Below, one piece after another: positions 1-13,900 of a stretch of DNA of 64,000 nucleotides. Under the pieces are notes generated by a model. That model was not told the DNA's origin and made no database searches. It was given only the letters and a program-made list of their open reading frames with translations. The number at the start of each line of letters is the position of its first letter. The first letter of the stretch is position 1. The stretch is from assembly GCA_036172245.1 (NCBI GenBank), contig JAYWIR010000004.1, positions 2,542,001-2,606,000 on the forward strand, read 5' to 3'. The position numbers and the translations under genes were made by a program. Source of the stretch: Raillietiella orientalis (lineage: Eukaryota).

Positions 1-937
1 ACCAATCAGCAACCTAATGCACAAATAATTTAAAAAATGCCTGCTGTGAAGTCTAATGATTCAACAAATTTACATACAAATTTGTACAATGAAAAAAAGG
101 CAGGAATGATGCAAAATTATATTGAGTCTATATTTCAAGACATGACATTTTCCAAAATTTAACATGCAGGTATGTTGTACCAAATGTAAGAGTAAAATGC
201 AAAATATATGCTCACTATGATAAAGTTTGTATGAAATAATAGAGAATAGAGAATAAGAAAATAATTAAATACTAAATGAATTCAATCAGTTATAAATCAT
301 GAGGAAGAGTAAGTGCCATAACAACCAATAGTTCCATAGGCATTCCATTATGCTCCTTCATTTTCCTCTCTGTTTCAAACGAGTATTTTAATGCAAAAGT
401 TCAATACGATAATATAAAAAACACATGTACATATACTATAAAAGTGTAAATGCAAGCAATACCAGGATCAAAAGTTTTGCTCGAACACACTGACGAGCCT
501 AATTGCAATCAAAGGTCTTCAAAAACAGAAGAATTTTAATAATTTCAAATACAAGTCAACATACTAAACACACTACTCTTAAGCATAAGCATTTTAAGTT
601 GTTACTATGTATGTTCAACGTGTATTTGTTGATTGTATGTGAAAACAAATATGCAGACCTATTTTGTTGTTCTTCAGATCCCAATTCAACTGAGTTATCA
701 TTGAAAAACCACACTAAGTTAACACCATACTTGAACAGCAATAATAATAATTACAAAAACCAATGAACTAATTACACACGGAGAAACATCGATTACTTAG
801 TTAAAAACATCTACATTTGTATGAAATGCATCAAAAATAGTTTCTAACGGGAATTTGTATTTTATGATCAAAAACTGCTATACTTTAATATTTTTAATTT
901 TGTCTGTTACACTGGAAAATGAAAGCTGAAATCTCAC
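1..937 (-). other. Start of WNK intron 1 (continues beyond the window)
   Basis: GTGAGA donor immediately after the WCELQ codons. The sequence is AT-rich, with no further kinase-coding sequence seen. Confidence 0.85.
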
Positions 938-1798
938 CTGCAATTCACACCATGCCACATCAACACCAGTTTGAGTATCCAACCCCCTGAACACAGTTTT
1001 AAAACTACCACGCCCAATTTCTTCATCGAATTTCAAAAATCTACCATCGGGTGAACTTGCTACAGCTTTAACCTCATCATCTTCGTCTTTTTTTTCTTCA
1101 TGATCACCTGACTTCAGTACTCTAATTCCATTCTGGATATCGCTTTCTAAAAATTTTAGATCTTTATTGGGTTCAGCATTATTCAATAATGCATTTTCTG
1201 AGATATTATCACTGTCTTTAGGATGCATGTTATCAATGTGATCATTGTTTTTTTCATTTACTGAATAACACTTTTGAATCTGACTTTTTTCATATACACT
1301 TTTGTCATCACAGCATTCTGAAATACTCTTTCCTGCTACTATTAGGGATTTTGAAAGAACTGATGAAGTATTGCAAGCTTTTGGCACATCTTTTATATCA
1401 CTATCATCACTGAATCTACTACGCATAGTACTATCCTTGAGATGTCTTCTAAACCATATGTTTGACCCTAGGATATTCTTATTCTTTGTAATTCTCACCA
1501 TACAATTTTTAACATTACTTTTGAAATTTTCTTCATCCTGACGGCTTGCATTTAAATCATCACAGTTTGTGGGCAAACTGGTTGACTTGAATTTATCTAT
1601 TGATGATGAAGAAAACCTTCTTTGATCAAGGGGGAAACCTTTACTCATTTTGTGCGGGTTCTTGCATCGTTCTATGCTACTAACTGTTGGTTTATGATTC
1701 TTTTTGGATGCATAATATTTAATATCATTTCGAAAATTTTTTTTGGCTTTATGTATGTCTTCAAAATTGTTATCCGAGATATTTTTGTTTGTACCCAT
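938..1798 (-). CDS. Wnk: WNK (with-no-lysine) Ser/Thr kinase, first coding exon (N-terminal region plus kinase subdomains I-II)
   Basis: The ORF ends [44 protein letters not shown]. This has the WNK-specific Lys in the Gly-loop (GSFKTV) and Cys replacing the VAIK Lys (VAWCEL). It is followed by the donor CAG|GTGAGA at 938/937 (phase 0). The ATG is at 1798, with an in-frame TGA shortly upstream. Confidence 0.95.
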
Positions 1799-2733
1799 GT
1801 AATGTATCACAATCTTGTAGTAAGGAAATGATCAAAGAATTTGAAATAAAATGACTCACTGAGTATTTCTCTACAGAATCCTTTCGAACTTCATTTGAAT
1901 TTAACATAAATTGTTTATTATTACCGTGTCACTATATTTTGAACCCTCTGAAGCATTTTTTTTTTTTTTTATCACAGACACACTTATTTTGAAGGAGCTA
2001 CGAGCCTAATAAATAAAATATAAGAAGGGATTCTTTTTTATCACTTAATTTTGTGGAATGTATTCATTTTCAAAAAGTACTATATCCTGAAATGGCAGAA
2101 TTCACGTTTTTGAAATAACTTCGATTCAAAATAAAAATCGACAGAGATGTAAATCAATTATTCTAGGAGATTAGCACACTAGCACTTTTAGTACTGTTCA
2201 CTCATATCTACGGACCACGACAAAGTACAGCATTGAAAAACTGAGGAGCGACACTGATATATGATCACACATCTCCATTCACCAAAACCTATTCATGACT
2301 CGAAATCTTACATTCGCGACGAGCATCGTTCCACACGCATTTTTCAATTGCTACTGCATAGCCTTCAAAACCAAAACAGAGATAGTAAAAAGTATTCTCA
2401 TAGGGTACCAGTCGTAAATAGTGTTTTCTAATTACTGAAAAGTATTTGATAAACATAAAAATACAAAAATTTGATTATTTTATTTTCGTATGGTTGAATG
2501 GAAAATGAAAACCGTAAATGCATTTATTTTGTGTTCATGTTTTGATTTCATTAATACAACAAATTATTAGAGATTATTTTTTCTTAATAAGAGCAGTCCA
2601 TGCAAAACATTATCACTCTCCTAAACCTCAGAATAGAAGCAATATGATATAAACGACAGAAATCGGCAAAATGATATAAATTGTATTTCCTCGTACTCAT
2701 ATACAGATACTTTTGTACTCTGGAAAACAGATT

Positions 2734-2741
2734 AGGTAAGT
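2734..2741 (+). promoter_or_regulatory. Consensus 5' splice donor (AG|GTAAGT), possible first exon of a transcript divergent from WNK
   Basis: Perfect AG|GTAAGT about 0.9 kb upstream of the WNK ATG on the opposite strand. It is a single short motif and could be chance. Confidence 0.35.
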
Positions 2742-3449
2742 GTGCTTTTCGTTCATGCTATTGTTAAATATTGAGGTATATATCTTGTATTGCAATACGA
2801 TTTTACGTGTAGTAAATATAAATTGAAATCGTCAATAATTTCATAGACTGGGGAAAAAATGTTTTCCTGTTATAAAAATTATCTTTGGAGACTGCATAAA
2901 ATTAGTAAAGCAATTTTCCTATTATGAAAATTTTGGCTCGTTTAGTAAAAAGAATAAATAAAAGCTGAAAATTTAATGTCTAGTTGGGAATTTTATAAGC
3001 TGTTAGATCCATCCAGTAATCGTGAATAACAGTTTGTTCTTATAGAGTAAGAATATAGAGTAAGCGTTTTAAGATAATCTTACTGATATGTACACTTATT
3101 TATTACTTGCTTATAGCATTTTCCATCTCTTTGTTATTCAAAATCAAGTTAATGGTTGAGTTGCCTAGATAGCTATCAGAGAAATATAACTTTTTCAAGT
3201 GTCTAGGCTGTTAATAGAGTTGCTAAATAAAGTCTTTGTACTCCCATAACAGATATATTTGGATTCATAGAATGATTTATGAGGGGAACTGAAATCTAAC
3301 ATAACATTAGAAATATCCATTTACTAGTGTGTTGTTTCAAATCTCCCTTGTCAAGACATAAAGAATGCATAAAACATTCGACATTGTTTTTATATTTTTA
3401 TTCTTATGGTTACATTTCCTCCTGATGTTTATAGTAATTATGGGTTTCA

Positions 3450-4400
3450 GTTATTACATTTTTTTCAACAAATGTTTGGGCTAAGAACGATGTTTGAACC
3501 ATTCGTGTGTTTTATTTTCTTATGATCATTATGGTTATGAGGAGACTATTCAAAGTAACTTTGGCGAATTCTATTTGATTATATCTCCCGTGAAACTTGA
3601 ATATTTGAAACAGGAGGGTTTCATTATATCGTAAACGATATTTGTGAAATTATGTCATAATAATTCTAAGAAATCAAGATGACTAGAGCCCACCATATTG
3701 GAATTCCTGATTACATTAATTGTAGCTAAGCATCTACATAAAAATTGTAAAAGAAATACACTTGAATAGTAATCATATATTAGCATCTCCAGCATATATG
3801 CACGTTTCATTCACGTTTTTTGTAGCTGAAAAATGAAAAAAATGGAATTCTCAAGAACCAGTTCATACATGTATCCTTTGTATAATGCATTTTCCGGTGC
3901 TTTGTAAGTTGGCAACAGTGCTTTCGCAATCCTTGTCAAATAGTGGATGAAAATAGTGAACTGCAGTTTTTCCAGTAACTTAGTAACAGTATTTAAAACT
4001 ATCCATGCGTATGCAAAGGAAAGATTCCATGGACCGCTGTTTTCATCATCGTATCTTAAAATCTAGCCCCCAAATGCGATCAGTATCTTGAAACAAATAA
4101 TGAAATACATATTCTCGATTATTTATAACATCCTTGGGAACTCCAGGGAGTTTATTTGCTTGATCATCGATTCTTTTATTTTTGAGTCTTCTTCCCTGAA
4201 TGATATTTTCGAATACTAGCAATGTAATATCTGAGTATAATGACGAATTCTGGTCTCAGTGATGCAAAAAGACGATTGCAAGTTGGAGATGCAGTTTGTG
4301 ATGAAGGACCGAAATTCCGTCCGTACGTCTGAAAATTATTGTGCCAACAAGACTTTCGCGCTGCTAATTTCTAATCAGAGAGCATCCTGGATTCCCTTCG
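3450..4400 (-). mobile_element. Possible highly decayed Penelope-like RT remnant
   Basis: Collinear weak motif echoes on the minus strand: LPGVPK (~YGLPK), YFFY...SGIP (~YF.F...G.PMG), FTGDII (~RYVDDI). Many stops. Confidence 0.2.
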
Positions 4401-5399
4401 AAATTGCCGATAACGATCTATTGAAAAGAGGATATATTTGCTCTCATTGGAAAATCTAATACAAGCTAATAGCAGTCTCTCATCATGAAGTTTGCACTGC
4501 TCTATTGTTAGGAGCGTTTGTACAGAAGAGATCACCATACTGATAGTAATGAGCATTCTAGCACACCGTGGCACTTCTTGCGGAAGATCGTCATCTACTC
4601 CCTCCTATAGCATTGGGGGCGGAAACGCAACAGTATGCTGCTAATGCGACGGCCATTCACTGAGGCATTTGAGTACACCTATTTAATTCGAAAATTGTTG
4701 CTCTCCGTACCTAGAGTGAGATGTGTCTTCGGAACAGTTGTGACGAAATCAAAAACATCTGCAAAGTCTGTTGCGTGTTCGACGCATCTTACGCCTTGTC
4801 ACATCTCAAGCAGTGATCTAGAGGTGCCAGCAGATTCGCTTTTTTCGCAAATCATTGTTTCTTCACAAGGTCCCTCATACGCATGTAGCGTAGACACATG
4901 TCCGGGATCTTTCTATTTTTAGGTACGGTAGCTATCGGAGGACAAATCTTCCTGCTGCTGCTCTCAAGTTCCATTAAGTTCTCGAATCGAACGACGATGG
5001 GAATGTGCTGCCGGTCTGTGGACCCAGAGGCTTAGCTCCACCCTCTTCAAGCCTTGCTCGCGAGATCTTTTTATTAGGCAATCTTCGGTGGATTACTTAA
5101 GGGTCTCATAACTTCAGCACTGCGAATGTGGTTACTAGGTCCGCGTGGTCATGGGAAATGAGACAAAGTGGGAGGCTCCAGATCAGTTTTGGTTGTGCTT
5201 TCCCCCTTCTTCTGACGGGGGAAAGGGTTGTTGTCTGCCTGAAGGAACAAGCAAAAGTGCGAAATTTGGACGGGCGCTACTCGCTTGAATTTCCTGTCGG
5301 CCTACCGCTTGAGGCGGGCTCGTCCTATGCCATCTCGAAAATATCCTGGCACTTCCCTCAGCTAGAAAACATCTCACGGTTGTTGTGAGGTGCTGCAAG

Positions 5400-6150
5400 G
5401 ATGGCCCAAAGGGGTTCGCTTGACTTCACAGAACCCTCCGCTCCCCCCTTCTCCCAGAAAGGGACCACGGAAAAGAGGAAGGGAGCTTGCCTGTTCGAGG
5501 AGGGAACTTGAGGATACTTCCGTTTCCTGTACAGAAGTCTCTCCTCCCGCGCTGGGAAGCCGCCTACAATCCGAGCGGGAGAAGTATTCGAGAGATCCGC
5601 GGGACGCCTGCACCCTGGAGCCAGGGGTAGCGTCCCGGTCTGAGGCTAAGGAGACTTTCGCATCCACCTCCCTCGCTTTACATTGGTGCGGAAGGCACGA
5701 CCAGAGCGCGGCGGCGTGCTTTCTGCGGGACACGCGGCTGCAAGGCTCCTGTCTTGAAGCGAGGGAGGCGCCCGTGCAAAATTGGAGGAAGCGGCGAGCG
5801 TGCCCTGTGGACAGCGATTTTTTTTTTTTCGTCAACGGGAGCTCGGGCATGTCGCGGGTTTTCCCGGGAGCTTCCCCCGCGCGCTGCGCTCGGAGTTGGC
5901 GAGGATCACGAGGAGTCATCTTTCCCGTTGCCAGGAGGCTCCACGGTCCGGCTCCAGCATCTTTCCCTCCGGGTCTGCTGCTGCCCACAGCGGCGGCGGC
6001 GGCTGCGCTTCGCCCCACACTCGCAGCCGTGCAAGCTGTGGACTTCCCCTTTCGTTCCTCACGCTGCCCTCAGCAACCCTCCCCCCTCTCGGACTCAGGG
6101 GCTGGACGACGTTCCTCCTGTTTCTGCAAGGACGCCTCCCTCTCAGGCTG
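5400..6150 (+). mobile_element. Decayed R2-like non-LTR retrotransposon, zinc-knuckle/RLE region
   Basis: KETFASTSLALHWCGRHDQSAAACFLRDTRLQGSCLEAREAPVQNWRKR resembles the R2 ET..H...RHD...L...G...EP...RKPD segment. Confidence 0.5.
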
Positions 6151-6499
6151 GCGGCGGGTTCCCCTGCAAGATCCTGCTGGCGTTCGGCGTTAGACCCTGA
6201 AGCTCTGAAGGTCTGAGTGCAAATGGAGGATGAGGAGCGGAGACGGCCGCAGGAGGTCGCTCGTCTTCCTGCGACAGACCTGCCCTTCCTCGCAGGCCCT
6301 CCCTCCTAGCGCGCACATCCCTCTGAGCCTTCCTGGTGATCGGAGACAGCAGTGACAGCAGGCGGTGAGGTGCTCTCCCCTCCTCCGAAAGGGCAGGCGG
6401 GGGAAGCGTAGGTGGCGGAAGCTCTGCAGGACAAGCTCGCTGTTGCAATAGAGGTCACGGGGTGAGTGGGGTAGGGGAAAGCTGACAGCAGGCGTTTGA

Positions 6500-9000
6500 C
6501 TTCAGCTGTGAGCAGGAAGCGGGTGGTGCTAGACTTTGGCGGGCGCTCCCGACCTTCAAGCCACCTCTCACCAGAGCTCCCTGCGTACCGGCAGGCCGTA
6601 GAGCCGCTGGGCTTGGTTCTCCTACCGCGAAGAGACAAGGATGCTCACGTCTCAGGTCATCGACCCCGCACCTTTGGGAGACCATCTTGGTTCTCAACAC
6701 CCCTTCCCCCGTCATGAGCGGTTTCTTCGGGTCCAGGGTCATATGACCCGATCCCTCTCTACAGCATCCATCGAAAGGCCAGATCCAGCATCGATGGGGG
6801 CGGAGGGAGGAAATAGGTAGACTGACCGCCCTCCTCTGTCTTACTCTGCTTCTTGCGACGCATGAAGGAGGCATGGAGTGGGAAAGGTCGGACCGGGACC
6901 AGGTACATTCCGACCTGGAATCTACTCCCGCTCTTTCGAAAATGCCCGCTTCCTGGAGGGCGGCGCTACCTCCGCCATCCCTCGCGATTCCTTCCTCTTT
7001 TTCCTTTCCCTGGCTGCGGCATGCTCGTCGGCTGCCCTTCTTCCCTCCCAAAGGGACTCTTCCAGCTGTCGAGGAGAAATTCAGGTCCTTCTCTGCCCTG
7101 CTCTGGACTACAGAGCATGCGAAAGGAACTCCTACCCCTACCCCGCTCCCTTTTTGCACTGCGACAACCTCATCGGTGGTGATGGATACCGGGAGCGTGA
7201 GGAGGACATCGGGAGGCGGCCGGTTACGCCCGTCAGTTCCACACTGCCTCAGCAACGGATGCCTCCAACTCAGGCCACCCATTTCCCGGGAGCTTCCTGA
7301 GGACTCTGACTTTCGGGAGGCGCGCGAAGGGGCTCTGGGATGGCCCCGCTTCCTCTAGTCGCGAGGAAAATTCGATGCTCTAACCGTCCGAGAGGATGCG
7401 ACGTCCCCAACCTCTTCCACGATGGGAGCAGAAGGGGAAGGGCTCCTCTGAGGTCCAAGAGAGGAAGAGGAGGGCAAGAGGAAGGAGTACAGGCGGTCTG
7501 GTCGGAAAGAAAGGGCGTAGCTGTCCTTCCACTCACCTTCCCTCCCATTCCCAGAGGAAGAGGAGAGGGGGAGGGGAAGGGACAGAAGGTCGCGTGCGCT
7601 GGACGGACGCTCTGGGAGCCCAGGAGGGACTCTCCGGAGCGTCTCCGGAGGAACCACATCTCCCCCCCCTCGCTTTCGACGTTCTCCTGTAATTCCTCCC
7701 CCCGCACTCCTGCTGAGGTGGCTCCGGGGAAACTCAGCAGCGGGTTGGGAGTCCCCGTGCCCCTGGAAAAGTCGCATCCGTCCGAAACGAGAGAGCCCGG
7801 GAGGAGGGAAAGACCCCTGTCTCCTCTCTTAGGTGTCGCGCAGGCGCACGTCTCCTCGGGGGGCGAGAAGGCACCGCTCGGGGTCTGTCGGCTGGAAACA
7901 CAAGCCCGCTTGCTTCTTTCCTTCTTCAAGAGCTGCGGCGTAGGGGAGCAGACGAAAGGTCGGCAAGGGAGAGTTCGTGCCCAGCGGGAGTGCCAAGGGC
8001 ACTTTACTGCCTCTCCCTAAGTCTCCCGAATTCTGGAAAAAACGCGGGACACTGCCCTTCTCCTCTTCATCATTTCTTCCCGGATTCAGCGCCATGCCCT
8101 ACGGAGGATGGAAGGGGGTAGGATGGGAATTCGTCTCGGCTCCCGGAAGGACCTCCCCTTCTGTCCAGTGGGAAACGCGTCTCCCTTCCGTGTCCTCTTT
8201 TTTCCCCTGCCCCCATCCTGTATCCCGGGGTCATGGGCTGCGGCACAAGCAGCGAGCTCCTCCACTGCTGTCCCTCCGGCTGGCAGCTTCGGCGTGATGA
8301 AGACTCGGCTGCTCCGGGAGGTATTAACTGCCCGGCGGCCCTGGCTCCGGAACGCCTCCTTGAGACCTCTGATACTCCAGAGGAGATTCCTGAGGAGACA
8401 TCCTGTCGGACATCCGAAAGACTTGAACAAAGGAAGAAAAGAAGACACGATAGGAAGGAGGAGGAGCGATCCAGAGCTACTTCCAGACATCGGACCGACG
8501 CAGCTCTTCGCGTGTGTCCAGTCTCCTCCGGGTGGCAGCACAGCTCAGTTCGTTCGTTCCGATCGCTCCTCCGCCTTCCAATGCTCTTTCAGGACCCCAT
8601 GGGGATCAGGACCTCTCCCTCACCGGAAGAGAAAAAGGAGGAAGAGGAGGAGGAGGGAGAGATCGTGAGATCGTCGCCTCCTTCCTCTTTTTTCCCTCGC
8701 AGATGCCGCTCTTTCGCAACTTGGGAGCACCCGATGACCACGGCGACAGCAGGTGATAAAGCCAGAGGCAGCCAGGGGCGATGCGGCGCTTTGTTTACCT
8801 GGCAGTTGAGGAGGAGAAGGAGGAAGGAGATGCAGCCAGCTCACAGCCTCCAACCGGATCACCGGGACGTTATCGCCGGTCTCTCCGAACATAGGAAGTA
8901 AGAAGGAGGGGGGGGGAGAGGGAGGAGGAGAGAGAAGACAACTGCCTCGACGACCCCACTCTGAGATTTCGAAAGGCTTATCGGGTCGAGAGGAGAACAC
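6500..9000 (+). mobile_element. Decayed R2-like element: RT through zinc knuckle
   Basis: Motifs in the correct order across frameshifts: VLLPRR...GHRPRT (~LIPK...FRPIT), GTPTPTPLPF...VVMD (~G.PLSP.LF..VMD), RRCRSFATWEH (~CR.GC..ET..H). Confidence 0.45.
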
Positions 9001-9399
9001 CCCAAGGGAATTGCGGCCGCTTCAGCCTTTGGGATCCTCCTGCCTCTTTCTTTTCTCTGAGAGAAAGGGAGATGGGAAGAAAGAGTAATGAGAGGAGGAG
9101 GAAAGAAAAGGGGGTAGAGGAGGGAGGTCAAGAGCTTCCTGAGACGACCCCTTGCTCCCTGCAAACGGAGGCAACAGCCCAGTCGGCGCGCGACGGCAGC
9201 GGTCTCCGTGGTAACCGTTTCCGCGGCGAATTTCCATCCTACCCCCTTCCCTCCTCCGTAGGTCGTGGTGCTGAATCCGGGAAGAGATGAGGAATAGGAG
9301 ATGGCGCCAACGATTCTCCCAACGGCTGTCCTTTCTGAGTACGCAAGTGGCCCGAGAGGCTCTGGCATCCCTGCTTCAGGGGAGCGCCAGCCGCACTTC

Positions 9400-9850
9400 T
9401 CCCGAACGGTGGAGAATGTATGGAGGAAGGCCATGGACGGGAGACACCACCACGAGGGAGGGAGGAACCTCGCAGAGGAAGCCTTTGAAAAAAGGGGATG
9501 GGGTGGGGATAAAAGGGGAAGGAAAGTGGTGGTAAGCTGGGTGGATCGGGAAACCGGGAGAAGAGAGTCCTGTTGGAAGCTTCCGGGAGCAGCGGCACAG
9601 ACTGGAGTCGTCTCCAGAAAGGGAGGTATGACTGAAAGGCAGCGACCAGGGTCCCTCTTCGGGACGCATATCCTTCGGGGGAGGGGAGTACCCATGGTAG
9701 TGATGGGTGACGTCTCTTTCCTCTGGCTGGCATCTCCCTCTCGTCGGAAACCTGTGGAGCCTCCGCTGCGGTTGCCGAGGGAACGAAAGCAGGGCTTCCT
9801 ACCTCCCACCATCCTCTCTCCCAAGAGAAGAGGGAAGTTGCGCTACTGCC
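9400..9850 (+). mobile_element. Decayed R2-like RLE domain fragment
   Basis: DGRHHHEGGRNLAEEAFEKRGWG...ETGRRES...QTGVVS resembles RH....LA..L.KRGW.V..E...G.RKPD...DVQ.VS. Confidence 0.5.
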
Positions 9851-10949
9851 GGGTTTGACGATGTGCGGGCGAAAGCAAGAGAAAGCTAGGATGCAATGGT
9901 GGGTCTCGTCGGAGTCAAGGAAAGATGTGAGATCCGTTGAATTCCCTCTTCCTCTCTCCTTGCTAGTGCATGCGGTCGCGCCACCATCATCCCCTTTCCC
10001 TGCTGCCACCCCACCATCTTCGAGAGAGCCTAGAGCCTCCAAGCAGAGGTCCCACAGTGCCTGCAAGCTGCGGCAGGAGCCCCCTGGGCAGAAAGAGAGC
10101 AGTCCATCCTGGAAGGGAGCGTCCGCGTCAGGTCGATCTCCCTTGAGAGGATACGAATAGCAAGCCTTCCCCCTTTAGGCCCTACCCCGATCAGAAAGGA
10201 CGTGGCCCTTTTCCGGAAGAGGAAGAGGTGCTTCGCCCGAACGCGAGCGCGCTTGCCCGCGGCAAAGCGACGACCGTAGGAGGAGTCGCGAGAAGTGGCC
10301 CTCAAGGTCGTCGATAGGGACGCGCGAGAGAGCGTTGTCTCCTCCGCCTCCTCCTCCTCCCAAGGTCTTTCCGGTTCACTCATTCGCCTGCCTCGATCGC
10401 TTCCGCCCTTCCTGCTGCCTCCATGCCCAGCACCTCCACTCCCCGCCAATACAGTCTGGTCGGCAGCAAGAGGGGGAGACCCGATGCCGAAGCCAGGGAC
10501 GAAAGGGAGCAGGTCAGAAGGGAGAGTGGGGTTCTTGGGAGCCTCTCGGTGTGCTCCTGAAGCGTGGGGCACGGGAGCCGCATGCTCGGAGGGGAGGACC
10601 CGCCTCTCAAGGAGACAGCATGAAGGGGGGGGGGAGGTGAGGGCAAACCGAGGGCTGCAGGCGGGACAAAAAGGAGAAAGCAAGGGAGCGACTCTCGCCA
10701 GGTAAGGGGAAAAAGAGGAGAAGGATATGGAGATGGGGGAAGCAAGGAAGAGGGGAGAGCCAAGGGAAGATCCCGTTTTTTGGGACTCTCCAGACCTCGG
10801 AGCTCGCCGGTTGCGGCGGTGGGTCGGCGAGAGGGCGCGTCTGCACGATCGCGGGGCTCAGAGCAGGCAGAGTCAGGGGGGAGGTTAGTCGGTCCTGCGA
10901 CCTCCCTCTGTCCTTCGACGGCTGACTCTTGCTCTTGAGGGAAACACTG

Positions 10950-13900
10950 TCCGTGTTTCCCTCAAGGGTGCAAAAGGGACCAGAAGGGCAGAGGAGAGAG
11001 AAGGGAGGTGGCAGTCTTGGAATTCCCTCCAGGAGAGACAGACGCGAGACGCAGTCGATTCCCGAGGTGTCCCCCAGCTCCATCATCTCTGCTTCTTCCC
11101 GGCCTGACCGGATGCGCAGCCCTGCAGACGCCCGCGTGGGCGGTGACGGCTGTGGCGGCTGCGGTCAGAGGAGCCGTTGGGCTAGCCGCCATAGCGCCAT
11201 GGTGGCACCGCCGCCAAGGGATGGGGAAGAGAGCAAGGAGAGAGGCGAGGACGGGCAACAGTGTTACCGGAAGGGGTCGGCACAGAGCGGCGACGCCTTT
11301 CTGGTGTTCTTCTCTCCCTTCCCCCTCGCCCTGCACGTCAGTGACGGCCACCACGCCCATCTCCTGAGCGCACATCTCGGGGAGCCAGTCGCTTTGCGGA
11401 GGCGGCCGCCGGAGAGCGGCAAAGCGAAATGTGCAGAATCACGAGAGCAGTGGAGATTTCCATCTGCCCTTGGAGGAGGAGGCGGCAAGCCCTGAGAATG
11501 CCAAGAAGATACCGCGGCTCCGGGAGCTCTGTCGCCGTCCTACCTGGGGGCTTCTTCGTCAGGCCGATGGTCCGCTCGGGCGCGATTGCGAGAGCGCCCC
11601 CAAGCGGAGGAGGGGAAATGGGGAGAAGAACGAATGCGGGAGCTTTTCCCTAATCCCGCGTGCGCGTGCATTCTGTCCCTTCGCCCTCCCCCCCCCATTC
11701 CCCTATTTCCCTTTCTTGGTGCTCCCCCCGTTCCTGAGGGATGGAACGGGGGGGGACGGACGGACGGTGTCGAGATACCAGTCGAAGAAGGCTCGAGGGA
11801 CAGAGGGGAGTGGGTCAAAATGTGGGAGAGGGGAGGGGTCGTGGAAGTGTGATCCTCGTTCTCAAGGAAGCAGGAACACGCGGTTGGTCGGCGACCTCTC
11901 TGTACTGCGGCGAGACTATGGCAAGGACGTCGTATTCCGCCCCCCTTCACATGGAGCAAACAACGAAGAGGAGTGCTGTAGGAGGAGAGCGCTGCTCCTC
12001 CGTTCTTCTGAGACTCTCATCTCTTCAAGGAATCCTCCACTTCTAAGGCAGCTCGGGAGAGGGGAGGAGGAGGGGGAGCTCCCGGCCCCTCCCGACAAGC
12101 AGAACCTCTCTCTTTACCTCTTCTGAATATGAATTCCAATGCTCTCGACAGCATCTCTGAGCAACCCTTTCTACCCATCACCCCCTTCCCCCTACTCTTC
12201 CCTTTTTCCGCCTTCTTCTCGTCCTCTTCTCTTCCTACAGAGCGCGCGCTCCCTCTACTCGAGGACTTTCAGGGAACTGCGGGACCGCGACCCCCCGCGT
12301 CATCCCTCGTGTTCGGGAAGCGGTGCAGAGAAGGCGATCCGTCCCCGATTGCATCGCTGCGGAGCCGCCGCGGAAAGCGCGTGTGCCTTCGCGCAACTTG
12401 GAAGGCCTGGGGCTGCTCCTACCGGGCTGCGAAACGCGAGTCGGGACGGGCAGTGACCGGAGGTCTTCAGAGAAGAGCGCAGCGGGGTGTGTCCTTGAAC
12501 CGGGAAGCCTCCTCCTGCACTCCCTGGATTCTCGCTCTCCGTCCTCATCCTTTTCTCTTCTCCACCTTTGTTCGAGAGCCTTTCGAGCAAAGCTGGGGAA
12601 GGAAAGATGAGTTTCTCCCTGACCTTTCCGTTTCCCTTGGCCTCTTAGATAACCTCTCTGCAAACGGCAAGCTCGCCGCTACCTCTTCATCGTCACATCC
12701 CCAAGAATGGATTCCTGAACCTCGCAGTCCTCTCGAAAGGTCAAGTAGAAAACTTCAAAAGGGATGAAGGGAGAAATAGGAAGAAAAGGCTAAAGGGGGG
12801 GGGAGTCAAGGAATTTCCGCAAGATGAAATTTGCGGCTCGTCTTTCTCTTGCGTGGAGACGACTTCTCTCCCGCATCCTGTCGCGAAGCAAAGACCAGAG
12901 GAGGCGGTTACGCCATCGCCATCTCCGTCACTGCCTTCGTCACGAGCGCACAAGTGCGGAGGATCGGGCAGGTCAGCCGCAGCGAACGCGACCGGGAAGG
13001 AGCGAACGCTCCTCCCGGCACGTCGCCTGGCACATGCTCGAGGGTTCGCTGCTCCGAGTTTGGCTCCTGCTCCCTACCACGCGATCGCGACGAGATGCAG
13101 CAGCAGCAGCAACGTCCGCCTTCTCGTGCCATTTCTCCGGTCCGCGGGAGGAACCGCTTGATCCGCTCCCCCGCGGACATCTGAGAAGAGAGACCTCAGA
13201 AAGACCTGGAACATGCCTAGCAGCCGAATATCGCAACACCAGGTCGGGAGGTGAGTGGAATCAGGAGGGATGTAGGCAAAGCAAAAAAAAAACCTCCTTC
13301 CATGCTCTAAAATATGCAGGATCTACTCTTCTGCATCCACCACTCTCACAACATCTTCAGCAAGGAAGCCATTTGACGGCGCCTCTTCCGGGCGCCTCTC
13401 TTGCCTCGCTGTGGTCCCTTTCCTGGGGCCAAACGATGTCGGGTACGCGCCGGGAGCGCGCGCGTGGTCGAAGCGCGTGGAGACGCCTCTCCGGAGCTGC
13501 TGTTCCCGGTGGCGCTTTCTGGAGAGCGGGGAAAGAACGGCTTCTTCGTTACCAGGGAGGCGGAAGGGGACGCATCCAACAGCCGCCGACCCTCAGGCGG
13601 AAAGGGCGGCAAGAAGGGCGCGTGGCGGAGGCGGGTCATGGCGCGAGGAGGGATCTTGTCCACCCGGTGCGCGCCACAAATACCGAAACGTCAGGGTCTC
13701 CTCTCCCCTCCCCCCTTCTGCGAGAGCGCCACCGCCGCCTTTGCGCGCGCGGGCTCTCAAGGTCGTCTCTGGAAAGATAAGCGGCATCGGCTTTTGCCCA
13801 CGGTTAAAAGAAAATCGATGTCGCCTTCTTGAGAACGAAATCTGCAGCGGGAGAGTCGGCACCAACCTCCGCATCTCATTAGGGAAGATAATGCTCATTC

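Noticed and set aside
488..525. CTGACGAGCC hammerhead-like start in the Wnk intron
   Set aside because: No stem II closure followed by GAAA.
878..937. C-terminal tail of ORF 878-1810 (VRFQLSF...) and the GTG start at 1810
   Set aside because: The tail is intron read-through after the donor, and the first ATG is at 1798.
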